Shown here: positions 1-8,563 of the stretch, piece after piece
Layout of the letters: each line of letters starts with the position of its first letter
How positions within the stretch are numbered: the stretch's first letter is position 1
Assembly: GCA_037310415.1 (NCBI GenBank)
Contig: CP147780.1
Coordinates: forward strand, 2,272,001 to 2,336,000
Origin: Candidatus Atabeyarchaeum deiterrae
GTDB taxonomy: Archaea > Asgardarchaeota > Atabeyarchaeia > Atabeyarchaeales > Atabeyarchaeaceae
Direction of reading: 5' to 3'
Length of the DNA stretch: 64,000 bases
The notes under the pieces: generated by a model
Seen by the model: only the letters and a program-made list of their open reading frames with translations
What the model was told of the DNA's origin: nothing
The model's database searches: none
Translations under genes and position numbers: made by a program

Positions 1-839
1 ATCTTCTCAGCTTCTGAATGACTGCTGTAAATTTTCACTGGCAGTTCCCATGAGTGATCTTCGAAGATTGACCCTTTTGTCCCATGAAGCTCGGTGATGT
101 TCGTTAACGGATGCACAGTGGTTGATGAAACCACAACGTCCATCATGGCTCCATTTTTGTAACGAAGGAATACCATTGCGCTGTCTTCACCCTTAGTCGC
201 CGGACTTGGAAGCGCCTTTCCCAGCCAGCACTGAGCAGATACCACCTCACTATTCAGAAGCCAATTCAGCATCGCCATTTTGTGCGGTCCCTGATCGAAT
301 AACGCACCGCCGCCACCCTTCTCGTAGGTGAAATGCCAGATGTCCGGATCGAGGAACTCACTTGCATCGCAGAAGGCACCCTCGTATGTACGACCCAAAA
401 ACACATTCCCGATGAAATCGCGTTCCACGGCTTCCTTGATAACTCGGTGTGCAGGTAGGAAACGATGATTCTCGGCGATCATGAATTTGACTCCAGCTCT
501 CTTCGTGTCCGCAATCATCTCATCGCATTGCTCGAGGGTCATAGCCATGGGCTTCTCGATCAGTACGTGTTTTCCGGCTTTGGCAACTCCTTTGGTTATT
601 GTTGCATGGAGATGGTGCGGAACGAGTATGAGTGCTGCATCGATGTCACTTTCAAGCAACTCTTCCATGCTGTTGAAGGCAGGAATGCGCTTGCTCTTCG
701 AGAATGTTTCTAGAACCTCCCTGTTCACATCATAACAGCCAACGAACTTAAGGTTAGGATTCTCAGCCATCTCAATACCCGAAGCGTGAAACTCCGCAGC
801 AGCCCCACATCCAATTATGCCGAATTTGGCGAATTCCAT
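1..839 (-). CDS. Gfo/Idh/MocA family oxidoreductase (3' end outside window)
   Basis: Not in ORF track; manual translation from ATG 839: MEFAKFGIIGCGAAAEFH...IDAALILVPHHLH...EKPMA (Rossmann GxG and EKP motif). Confidence 0.9.
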   Translation of the reverse strand, partial: MEFAKFGIIGCGAAAEFHASGIEMAENPNLKFVGCYDVNREVLETFSKSKRIPAFNSMEELLESDIDAALILVPHHLHATITKGVAKAGKHVLIEKPMAMTLEQCDEMIADTKRAGVKFMIAENHRFLPAHRVIKEAVERDFIGNVFLGRTYEGAFCDASEFLDPDIWHFTYEKGGGGALFDQGPHKMAMLNWLLNSEVVSAQCWLGKALPSPATKGEDSAMVFLRYKNGAMMDVVVSSTTVHPLTNITELHGTKGSIFEDHSWELPVKIYSSHSEAEK

Positions 840-1074
840 GAAATCACCTTCAATTCGCTATTCCAAGTCTACGACATCAAAGCAATGTCTTCACGTACGT
901 TTCAGACCCATATAATTCTTTACTCTTCTGCGGCTTTTTCTTTCAGATGCCTTTGTTCACTCTCTCAATGTCAAGTCTTGAAGCTAGAAAAGTAAAAAAA
1001 GTTGGGGTTGGTCCACCGTCGTGCCAATTCTGGCTCAATGGTGACTGGATGTTTTGACCCGATACGAAAGTCAA

Positions 1075-1908
1075 TCAAGTTCTGCGGGCTTTGCGCGCTT
1101 GCCTGATTCCCCAAGGCGCCCATGTAGCGCCTAACACAGTGGCGACGATCAAAGCGGAGATTAGAAGTATTGCTATTGTCTGGTATGCTGTGTATCCTAC
1201 ACCAAGAAATGCAAACCACAGGATAAAGAATGCAACCCAACTTATTGCCACAACGATGCTCAATGCAACTCTCCAGCCGAGTCCTGCCTCCAACGATCCA
1301 ATCTTTCGCCAGGGCGCATGCATCGCCGCCTGCAAGCCTCCCAAGATGATTCCGGACAACGCGAAAATCCCAAAGTTCTCGAAGAGGCTGTATCCAGCAG
1401 CATAGTAGTAGAACCATACAAACAGAAACGCCGCCCATATTAAGCCCACGACCAGACCCAGTGCCCATACTGATGTTCGTTCTTCACTCTTCCTCCACCA
1501 TCGTCGTGCAATGCTCTGGGCGAGTCCCCAGAGTGCGAAAGGAATGATGATAATCGCTATGTTCGTATACAGACTCATGCTATCTGCGAAGAAGTAAAGC
1601 CAAACGAAAGCAAACACAAGCGCTATGAGCCCCAAAACGGTTTCCAGCGCAACCGCACGCCCAAATCCTGGTGTTTTACGATCCCACCACATGGGTGCCC
1701 ACGTGAACCCTTCTGCAACACCAAGAATTGCCACGGATACAGCAACAACCGCTATGTTCTGGTAGAAACCGTAGGTCTGAGCGTAGAAGAAGAACCAGAT
1801 GACGAGGAATATCAGCCAGCCCATGGCCTCGACAACGCTGAGCGAAACCCTCCAACTAAGTCCAGGTACGTCTAAGACTTCTCTTCCTCTGTGTGCCATT
1901 TTGACCAC
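1075..1908 (-). CDS. Polytopic membrane protein made of 4 internal ~60-aa helical-hairpin repeats
   Basis: About 8 hydrophobic segments; repeated motif GL(S/G)WRVxLS..W..F..W...Y..Y.N/TIA...WAP. Confidence 0.75.
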   Translation of the reverse strand: MVKMAHRGREVLDVPGLSWRVSLSVVEAMGWLIFLVIWFFFYAQTYGFYQNIAVVAVSVAILGVAEGFTWAPMWWDRKTPGFGRAVALETVLGLIALVFAFVWLYFFADSMSLYTNIAIIIIPFALWGLAQSIARRWWRKSEERTSVWALGLVVGLIWAAFLFVWFYYYAAGYSLFENFGIFALSGIILGGLQAAMHAPWRKIGSLEAGLGWRVALSIVVAISWVAFFILWFAFLGVGYTAYQTIAILLISALIVATVLGATWAPWGIRQARKARRT

Positions 1909-2053
1909 TCACTCTCAATCGTTTTTGAACATTAATACTCGCAGTCTATATAAGCTAGCGTTCTTCCAGCGTTAGTCAAGTATGATTCCTTGAAATCGTT
2001 GTTTTTCTCGTGTCTCGGACATGGTTTTCGATTCGGAGGAGTGACAGATAGCA

Positions 2054-2566
2054 ATGGTCGCCTTCAAGGTGGCATCGAACGAGGATATCCGCGCACTAGG
2101 TAGAAAACTTCTCCATCTTTTGGAGGATCATGAGAGCCAAGTCTACCAAGAGAACATTGTCAAATTCGGTATCCCCGACGATTACGTCAAGAAGGTTTTC
2201 GCTGAGGACACCCTTATCGAGGCGGCAAAATCGGGAAAAGCGGTCTTCTACCTAGTGCTTAGGAAACGAGAAATCGTGGGATTCGCCCAGACTCTGCAGC
2301 ATGACCCAACCACAGCGGAATTGGATCGAATAATCATATTCCCCGAGCAGACTCGAAAGGGCATAGGAACGCTGCTCCTACGACACGCGGCAGAAGATCA
2401 GAAGCGAAGAGGAATAGAGACCATGGTAGTGAATGCAGGAAAAGAAGAGTCTCACGCCAGAAGATTCTACGAGAAAAACGGCTTTCAGAAAGAAAAGGAA
2501 ACCACAATACAGACACCGTGGGGCGGCAAAATAGACTTGGTAACTTACAAACTTGATATCAGATAA
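2054..2566 (+). CDS. GNAT family N-acetyltransferase
   Basis: PEQTRKGIGTLLL acetyl-CoA motif; ARRFYEKNGF; GGAG SD upstream. Confidence 0.9.
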   Translation: MVAFKVASNEDIRALGRKLLHLLEDHESQVYQENIVKFGIPDDYVKKVFAEDTLIEAAKSGKAVFYLVLRKREIVGFAQTLQHDPTTAELDRIIIFPEQTRKGIGTLLLRHAAEDQKRRGIETMVVNAGKEESHARRFYEKNGFQKEKETTIQTPWGGKIDLVTYKLDIR

Positions 2567-2598
2567 GGAAACCTCAAACTGGAAATCTTATATATGAA

Positions 2599-2620
2599 GG
2601 TTCTGTTACCTCTGCGGTTG
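2599..2620 (+). repeat. Left terminal inverted repeat (22 bp)
   Basis: Exact reverse complement of 3869-3890. Confidence 0.95.
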
Positions 2621-2625
2621 GTGAG

Positions 2626-2633
2626 TTTAAATA
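2626..2633 (+). promoter_or_regulatory. TATA box of tnpB (probably leaderless transcript)
   Basis: TTTAAATA about 24 nt upstream of ATG 2657, just inside the left TIR. Confidence 0.6.
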
Positions 2634-2656
2634 AGAGTTTTAGTTTGTTTAGTTTT

Positions 2657-3883
2657 ATGCAGGCAGTTAAAACGGTGCAGATACCATACGAGCCTACAAA
2701 CGGTGTTCTCAGTCTCCTTGAAACTTTCAGGACCATGGTCAACTACTGCATCCGCGTCGGTCTCGAGAAGAATGTGACTTCCAGGCTCAGGCTGCAAAGC
2801 GAGACATATCACCAGCTAAGTGGCTTCGGTCTCCACACCTGGTACAGTCTCTCAGCCATCGAGGTTGCCACCGCCATCTTGAAGAACTACCGAAAAACGA
2901 AAAGAAAGCGAAAGATTGTTCGATTGCCGAGAGCCACGAAACTCACAGCTAAACTCGGAAACCAAGGCTACAAGATTGTTGATGGCAAACTGAGGATACC
3001 AATTAAGCCAAGAGAGTATTTCCACGTTCCCCTGCATAAGAGGGCGGCACGGTTCCTATCGGATGCCACGCTCAAGCTAGGCTCGGTGACCTTGACTGCT
3101 TGCACGGTTTCAGTGGTTTTCTCGAAGACCGCTGAGGTTACCGAACCCAAGAGCTACGTGGCGTACGACACGAATGAACGCTCAATAGATGGAGGATACG
3201 TGAAAGAAGGCGGAGAACTGATCGTTGAAAGCCACGATTTGTCAAATGTTTCAGAGATTAGGCACGGGTATTTTGAGCGGGTACGAAGAATTCAGAGAAA
3301 ATACGCGAAGGATAGGCGGGTGGCGAAAAAGATTCAGAGAAAATGGTTCACCAATCAGAACAACAAGGTCGACACAGTCCTGCATCAGGTGAGTTCAGCG
3401 ATAGTTGGACAAGCAAAAACCAGGGAACAAGGTATCATCCTCGAAGATCTTAAACATATTCGCAAGGCAGTTAACAGGAAAGCCTTAGGCGTCAACAACT
3501 TCAACGGGAAGATACAGAGAATCAGCACGCACACTAAGAAACTGAAGCGAAGGCTGAACTCATGGAGCTTCCACAAGCTGCAAGGCTTCATCGAGTATAA
3601 GGCTCTCTGGGAAGGAGTCAAAGTCATCAAAGCAAATCCGAGAAACACTTCTAGGGTCTGTGCGGTATGTGGGTGCGTGATGCGAGACCCGAAAGCGAGA
3701 ACCCTAGAATGCTGCGGGATAGATCGCCACGTAAACGCATGTTTGAACATGCTTAAAACCCAGGATGAAAGGGTGCGGTTCGCCCTGGATCGCTCCGCAC
3801 ATGTAGCCGTGATTAGTCCCTTCAACAAGGCTATGAGCCGAAGCGGAGAAGCTAACCCAAACGGTTATCAACCGCAGAGGTAA
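2657..3883 (+). CDS. tnpB: RNA-guided endonuclease TnpB family protein, RuvC-III Asp replaced by His
   Basis: RuvC-I AYDTNE, Ruv[40 protein letters not shown] Zn finger, [10 protein letters not shown]. Start moved from 2594 (outside the TIR) to 2657. Confidence 0.92.
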   Translation: MQAVKTVQIPYEPTNGVLSLLETFRTMVNYCIRVGLEKNVTSRLRLQSETYHQLSGFGLHTWYSLSAIEVATAILKNYRKTKRKRKIVRLPRATKLTAKLGNQGYKIVDGKLRIPIKPREYFHVPLHKRAARFLSDATLKLGSVTLTACTVSVVFSKTAEVTEPKSYVAYDTNERSIDGGYVKEGGELIVESHDLSNVSEIRHGYFERVRRIQRKYAKDRRVAKKIQRKWFTNQNNKVDTVLHQVSSAIVGQAKTREQGIILEDLKHIRKAVNRKALGVNNFNGKIQRISTHTKKLKRRLNSWSFHKLQGFIEYKALWEGVKVIKANPRNTSRVCAVCGCVMRDPKARTLECCGIDRHVNACLNMLKTQDERVRFALDRSAHVAVISPFNKAMSRSGEANPNGYQPQR

Positions 3884-3910
3884 CAGAACCTATATGAATA
3901 CCTGCTAGAA
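3765..3910 (+). ncRNA. Putative omegaRNA scaffold plus flank-derived guide overlapping the tnpB 3' end
   Basis: Stems AGGGTG(3770-75)/CGCCCT(3781-86), CTCCGC(3793-98)/GCGGAG(3843-48), nested TAGCC(3804-08)/GGCTA(3829-33); position typical of TnpB omegaRNAs; ends approximate. Confidence 0.55.
3869..3890 (-). repeat. Right terminal inverted repeat (22 bp), contains the tnpB stop codon
   Basis: Exact reverse complement of 2599-2620; TAA 3881-3883 lies inside it. Confidence 0.95.
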
Positions 3911-3928
3911 ACCGAGCTGTGATTGATT

Positions 3929-4765
3929 ATGAAATTGAGTTGTTGCACGTTAGCGTATATTGTTAGTACGCCACTGGATGAAGCGATTAGAAGAATCGCT
4001 GAAGCTGGCTACAAAGGGGTAGACTTGTATACTGGTCCTCCACACCTTTACCCTGGGCATTATTCGTCTGACGAACGAGAAGTTGTGAGGAAGGTAGTTG
4101 ATGAAAACGGTCTTGAACTGACGGGCTTCGCAGTCGCCGGTGGAATTCTCAATCTGGGACTCAACTTTTCCCACCCTAACAAGAAAGTGAGAGACGAAAC
4201 GCTGCAATACTACAAAGACAACGTCAACCTTGCGGAAGAAATCGGTTGCCCCCTAATCAACGTCCTAACAGGTCATTGCCTGTATGGAACCTCAAGGGAA
4301 CAAGGCAGAAAATGGACCATGGACGCATTCCATGAGCTTACGGCGCTGGCGGAGGAAAAAGACGTGATTCTCGGTCTACATCCGCAGTACATCGGGGACA
4401 GCCCGCTCATGCTTACCGTTGATGATGCGCTCGACATGATCAAAGAGTTAAACTCGAAAGTCGTTAAAGTGATCTTCGATACTGCGCAGCAGAACATTAC
4501 CTACCCAAACTTTGCCGACGACATTAGGAAGGCAGGACAGAACCTCTGCTATGTTCACGCAGCCGATAACGATGGAATAAGCTGGACCCATCTCACCCTT
4601 GGAAAGGGGACGGTGAACTGGGAAGGACTAGTTAAGACACTCAATGCAATAGACTTCGATGGTTACATCTGTGTGCAGACTTGGTCGGGTTCACCTATCG
4701 ATGCTGACTCCGTGATACGCGAATCCAAGGAGTATATGGAAGGCATCTTCAAGAAAGTACGATAG
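3929..4765 (+). CDS. Sugar phosphate isomerase/epimerase (xylose isomerase-like TIM barrel)
   Basis: AEAGYKGVDL, KVIFDTAQ, YVHAADNDG, HLTLGKGTVNW motifs. Confidence 0.85.
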   Translation: MKLSCCTLAYIVSTPLDEAIRRIAEAGYKGVDLYTGPPHLYPGHYSSDEREVVRKVVDENGLELTGFAVAGGILNLGLNFSHPNKKVRDETLQYYKDNVNLAEEIGCPLINVLTGHCLYGTSREQGRKWTMDAFHELTALAEEKDVILGLHPQYIGDSPLMLTVDDALDMIKELNSKVVKVIFDTAQQNITYPNFADDIRKAGQNLCYVHAADNDGISWTHLTLGKGTVNWEGLVKTLNAIDFDGYICVQTWSGSPIDADSVIRESKEYMEGIFKKVR

Positions 4766-4974
4766 TCGACGATGATCCGACACTCTAACAGCTTCCCAAC
4801 TACTTTTCTCTGATGTGAAGGACACTGTGACGTTGACTTTCATAGTGTTTTCCAGCGCTTTTCTCTCGGCCATGCGGCAGATCTGTTCGTCATGGGGTAT
4901 ATATTGTATATATTACGCCATTAAATAGCACCTTCAATATACATCGCGGCAAAAAATCGGAGGATGAGAATGAA

Positions 4975-7962
4975 GTGAACAGAGCTACGAAAGTGACAGC
5001 CATAGCAATACTCACTATCATGCTCTTCTCAGCGATCCAAACAATACCACAATCACTAATGTTCCAACAAACAAGAAACCTAGGAAACAATCAACCAAAA
5101 GCGAATCGGGCACCCTCAACTCCACAATCAGAGTGGGTCTACCAGATAGGTAGCTGGATCAGATCATCACCCAAGGTTGCTGACGTCGACAATGATGGAA
5201 AAACCGAAATCGTCATGGGCTCGGCCGATCACTACATTTACTGCATTAACGGCACAGGGTACGTCGACTGGAGCTACTATTCGGCTATGGATTCCTACTC
5301 AAGTGCTGCATTCGCTGACGTTGACGCAGACGGTAAGCTGGAGACAATCATCGGTTCAGGCACCCGTATCTACTGTTTCAATGGCACAGGGAACATAGAT
5401 TGGTACTACGATGCTGGAGGCTACGTTAGCTACCCCGCCATCGCTGACATCAACGGGGATGGCAAGCAAGAAATCCTAATAGGGTCCGGTGATAAGTATC
5501 TCTACTGCCTAAATGGTACAGGTCAACTGAAGTGGAAGTACCTCACGGGGGGCGGCATCTATTGGTGCAGACCAGCCATCGACGACATTAATAATGATGG
5601 CAAGCAAGAAATCGTGTTTGGGTCGTCTGACGGCACAGTGTACTGCCTCAATGCGACTGGCCAGCAGAAATGGAACTTCAATACAGGGAGCTCTATTTAC
5701 GCTTCTCCAGCTATCGCCGACATAGTAGGAGACACGAATCTAGAAACAGTCATAGGCTCGTCAAACGGGCGACTTTACTGTCTGAATGCCTCGGGTCATC
5801 AGAAGTGGCAATCATCATATCTTGGCACCATCCAAGATGGCGCCGCCATTGCAGACATCGATGCGGATGGCAAGCCGGAGATAGTGATAGGCACAAACAA
5901 CAACAGGCTCTATTGTCTAAACGGGACAGGTAGTGAAGAGTGGGAGTACAATACGGTTGACATAGTGACAGCTGATCCTACAATTGGAGACGTTGATGGC
6001 GATGGCAAGCCAGAGGTAGTCATGGGATCATGGGCAGGCAAAATCTGTTGCCTGAACGGAACCGGCGCATATAAGTGGGGCTACCAGACAAACGGCAGAA
6101 TCGATACGTCCTCAGCCGCAATTGCCGAAGTTGACACAGATAGCAAGCCAGAGGTACTTGTCGGTTCGGGTGACGGCAAATTCTACTGTATTAGCTCTAC
6201 GGGCAACCTCAAGTGGACCTTCACTACTCGCGGAAGCATCGGCACCTCTTCACCATCAATTGCTGACATAAACGTGGATGGCAAACCGGAGATAGTTCTG
6301 AGTTCAAGGGATAACCTTAACGAATACTGCTTGAATGCGACAGGTCAAATGCAGTGGGCCTACTCGGCGGATTACTATTCCTACGCCACGTCCACTATCG
6401 CAGACATTGACAAGGACGGAGAACTAGAAGTGATAGTAGTTGCGGGCTCGAACATATATTGCCTTAACGGATCGGGAAGTGAGGAATGGATCAAGTATGC
6501 ATCGTCCGGCGGATTCGACCAGTGCTGCCCAGCGATGGCAGATATCAATGGAGACACACAATTGGAGATAATAGTTGGCTCATGGAGTGGGGCGATAGAA
6601 TGCTACAATGCAACAGGAGATCTAAAGTGGACCTACATGGCAGGGGGCGGCATCTACGGGTCTTCTCCCGCCATTGCCGATGTCGATCTAGACGGGAAAC
6701 TAGAGGTAATCGTGGGGTCAAACGACAACAAAGTCTACTGTCTTAACAGCACTGGATACGGGAAATGGAATTACACGACTGCGAGTTACATAAGCTCATC
6801 TCCAACAATTGCTGACGTAGACGAAGATATGAAGCCAGAGATCATAATAGGCTCAAATGACGGCAATATCTATTGTCTGAATGGTACTGGGTACAATGAG
6901 TGGGCCTGTCCAACTGCAGGTGGTGTCACATCATCTCCTATTGTCGCAGACTTCGACGGAGATGGAAAGCTGGAGATCATAGCGTGCTCAGTTGGCTACA
7001 TCTACTGTCTCAATGGAACTGGCAACGAGGAATGGCAGTATTACACCGGCATTTGGACTGATTCATCGCCAGCAATCGCAGACCTTGATGGTGACCATAA
7101 TCTCGAGTTGGTGGTTGGAGAAGGCTATGCCCTCACTTGCCTGAACGGAACAGGGGGATTGGAGTGGAACTTCGCGACTGGTCGTGAAGTTAGATCCTGC
7201 CCAGTTGTTGTAGACATAGACGGAGACACGCAATTGGAGGTAATATTCGGCGCAGATGATGGCAACGTCTATTGCCTCAGCATTGTTGGAGCTCCTCAGA
7301 ACCTTGATGCCTATCCTTGGCCGTCCATTGGCAAGAACGGCGACATGAGGCACAGTGGTTACTATGCTGACTCCGATGGTGACCGACTCAGCGACAACTA
7401 TGAACTCATTGTGGGAACTAGTCCGAATGATCCTGACACCGATCACGACACATCGACAGACTACGCTGAATTCGCTCAGTCCACAAATCCGCTCCTTGAC
7501 ACGGTTCCACCAGCAATAGTCCTTGACCTCGCTACGGGCAGCCCGACGACCGATCAGATCACCTTGGCTTGGACCGCTGCAGGCAACAATGGAATGAGCG
7601 GCAATGCCACGGGCTACGTATTGAAATACTCGACGATCGGCCCAATAAACGAGACGAACTGGGCTCTCGCAACAACTTACTCTCAACTTTGGACGCCGCT
7701 TCCACATGGCAACACTGAAACTCATGTAGTGTCAGGGCTGATGTCTGACACGACGTATTGGTTCGCAATCAAAGCACGCGATTCAATTCCAAACTTTGGC
7801 GGATGCTCCAACAGTCCAAGCGGAACGACTGCCACCATTACCGCGCCACCAGGTGGTGAGCCGAGCGGAGGACTCCCCATCGAACTGATAGCATTAGTAG
7901 GCATCGTTGCTGTGGCTGTGGTCATAGCAACCGTCGCTGTCGTAAAGATCAAAAAGAAGTAG
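4975..7962 (+). CDS. Secreted, membrane-anchored FG-GAP/PQQ-like beta-propeller repeat protein with Ca-binding repeats and Fn3 domain
   Basis: Signal peptide; 16 repeats W..SSPAIAD.DGDGK.E...YCLNGTG; DSDGDRLSDNYE/DTDHD..DYAE; Fn3-like ITLAWTA..TYWFAIKARD; C-terminal TM followed by KIKKK. Confidence 0.88.
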   Translation: MNRATKVTAIAILTIMLFSAIQTIPQSLMFQQTRNLGNNQPKANRAPSTPQSEWVYQIGSWIRSSPKVADVDNDGKTEIVMGSADHYIYCINGTGYVDWSYYSAMDSYSSAAFADVDADGKLETIIGSGTRIYCFNGTGNIDWYYDAGGYVSYPAIADINGDGKQEILIGSGDKYLYCLNGTGQLKWKYLTGGGIYWCRPAIDDINNDGKQEIVFGSSDGTVYCLNATGQQKWNFNTGSSIYASPAIADIVGDTNLETVIGSSNGRLYCLNASGHQKWQSSYLGTIQDGAAIADIDADGKPEIVIGTNNNRLYCLNGTGSEEWEYNTVDIVTADPTIGDVDGDGKPEVVMGSWAGKICCLNGTGAYKWGYQTNGRIDTSSAAIAEVDTDSKPEVLVGSGDGKFYCISSTGNLKWTFTTRGSIGTSSPSIADINVDGKPEIVLSSRDNLNEYCLNATGQMQWAYSADYYSYATSTIADIDKDGELEVIVVAGSNIYCLNGSGSEEWIKYASSGGFDQCCPAMADINGDTQLEIIVGSWSGAIECYNATGDLKWTYMAGGGIYGSSPAIADVDLDGKLEVIVGSNDNKVYCLNSTGYGKWNYTTASYISSSPTIADVDEDMKPEIIIGSNDGNIYCLNGTGYNEWACPTAGGVTSSPIVADFDGDGKLEIIACSVGYIYCLNGTGNEEWQYYTGIWTDSSPAIADLDGDHNLELVVGEGYALTCLNGTGGLEWNFATGREVRSCPVVVDIDGDTQLEVIFGADDGNVYCLSIVGAPQNLDAYPWPSIGKNGDMRHSGYYADSDGDRLSDNYELIVGTSPNDPDTDHDTSTDYAEFAQSTNPLLDTVPPAIVLDLATGSPTTDQITLAWTAAGNNGMSGNATGYVLKYSTIGPINETNWALATTYSQLWTPLPHGNTETHVVSGLMSDTTYWFAIKARDSIPNFGGCSNSPSGTTATITAPPGGEPSGGLPIELIALVGIVAVAVVIATVAVVKIKKK

Positions 7963-7994
7963 AGCTTTCAGTACGACAAAGCACTGTTAGCCTA

Positions 7995-8011
7995 TCCCTC
8001 CCTCTTTTTTT
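7995..8011 (+). terminator. Oligo-T archaeal terminator
   Basis: Pyrimidine tract ending in T7, about 40 nt after the stop. Confidence 0.5.
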
Positions 8012-8156
8012 GAAAACTCTCCGAGACATATGAACAGGTCAGGACGACTAGTTTTGAGAGCTGCAGATTGTGCCAAGAAAATAAGGAAAGAAGGCAAGAT
8101 TCCCTTGTGAGTGTCATTTACACGTTACTGCCTTCCAGCAGTTGGTTCCTTGGTTT

Positions 8157-8429
8157 CTACTGAAACTCGACGTTCTTGCCTTGGTATTTCTTGATGGTTT
8201 CGAAGTCTACTCCCTTGACCATTACCTGAACTATTTCCTGCTCCTTGACCTCTTTTAGCCACTCGACACGCATTGATTGCGGGTTTCTTCTTCCCATGCG
8301 CTCTATTGGCACCGTCTTGCCTTCCACGTCCAGCTTCATTGTGTCTTTGAGCACACCTTTCTTTACCATCCCGGTCAAGATGACGCCTTCTCCAGTTTTT
8401 TGCGCAATCTTGACGAAGTATGTTGCCAT
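8157..8429 (-). CDS. Small translation-factor domain II-like beta-barrel protein
   Basis: GVILTGMVKKGVLK resembles EF-Tu domain II; GAGGTGA SD upstream. Confidence 0.6.
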   Translation of the reverse strand: MATYFVKIAQKTGEGVILTGMVKKGVLKDTMKLDVEGKTVPIERMGRRNPQSMRVEWLKEVKEQEIVQVMVKGVDFETIKKYQGKNVEFQ

Positions 8430-8563
8430 TTGGACTCACCTCAGCAATCAGCTTTTTCAGATCGCTAATATAGTTTATGTATTTGAGAATAGTTGGGAGA
8501 GGCGTATTCTCTGCAAAAGCCGCCTCCAGCAGGAACCGCCTTCAACCCGAAAGACTAGGAAAG

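Larger units (their letters stand above)
2599..3890 (+). mobile_element. Non-autonomous TnpB-only insertion element with IS6-like terminal inverted repeats and 8-bp TSD
   Basis: Perfect 22-bp TIRs GGTTCTGTTACCTCTGCGGTTG (2599-2620) and CAACCGCAGAGGTAACAGAACC (3869-3890); flanking direct repeat TATATGAA at 2591-2598 and 3891-3898. Confidence 0.9.

Noticed and set aside
2594-2656. Track start of tnpB at 2594
   Set aside because: The ATG lies in the TSD outside the element and the extension reads through the TIR and TATA box.
2657-3883. TnpB as a Cas12f effector of the CRISPR array
   Set aside because: It is 41 kb from the array, has its own TIRs and TSD, and the array has a full type I-B cas set.
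7063-7725. Long antisense or shadow ORFs (e.g. 7063-7725, 10477-10989, 16425-16901, 24301-24852)
   Set aside because: They overlap well-supported genes on the opposite strand and have no motifs.
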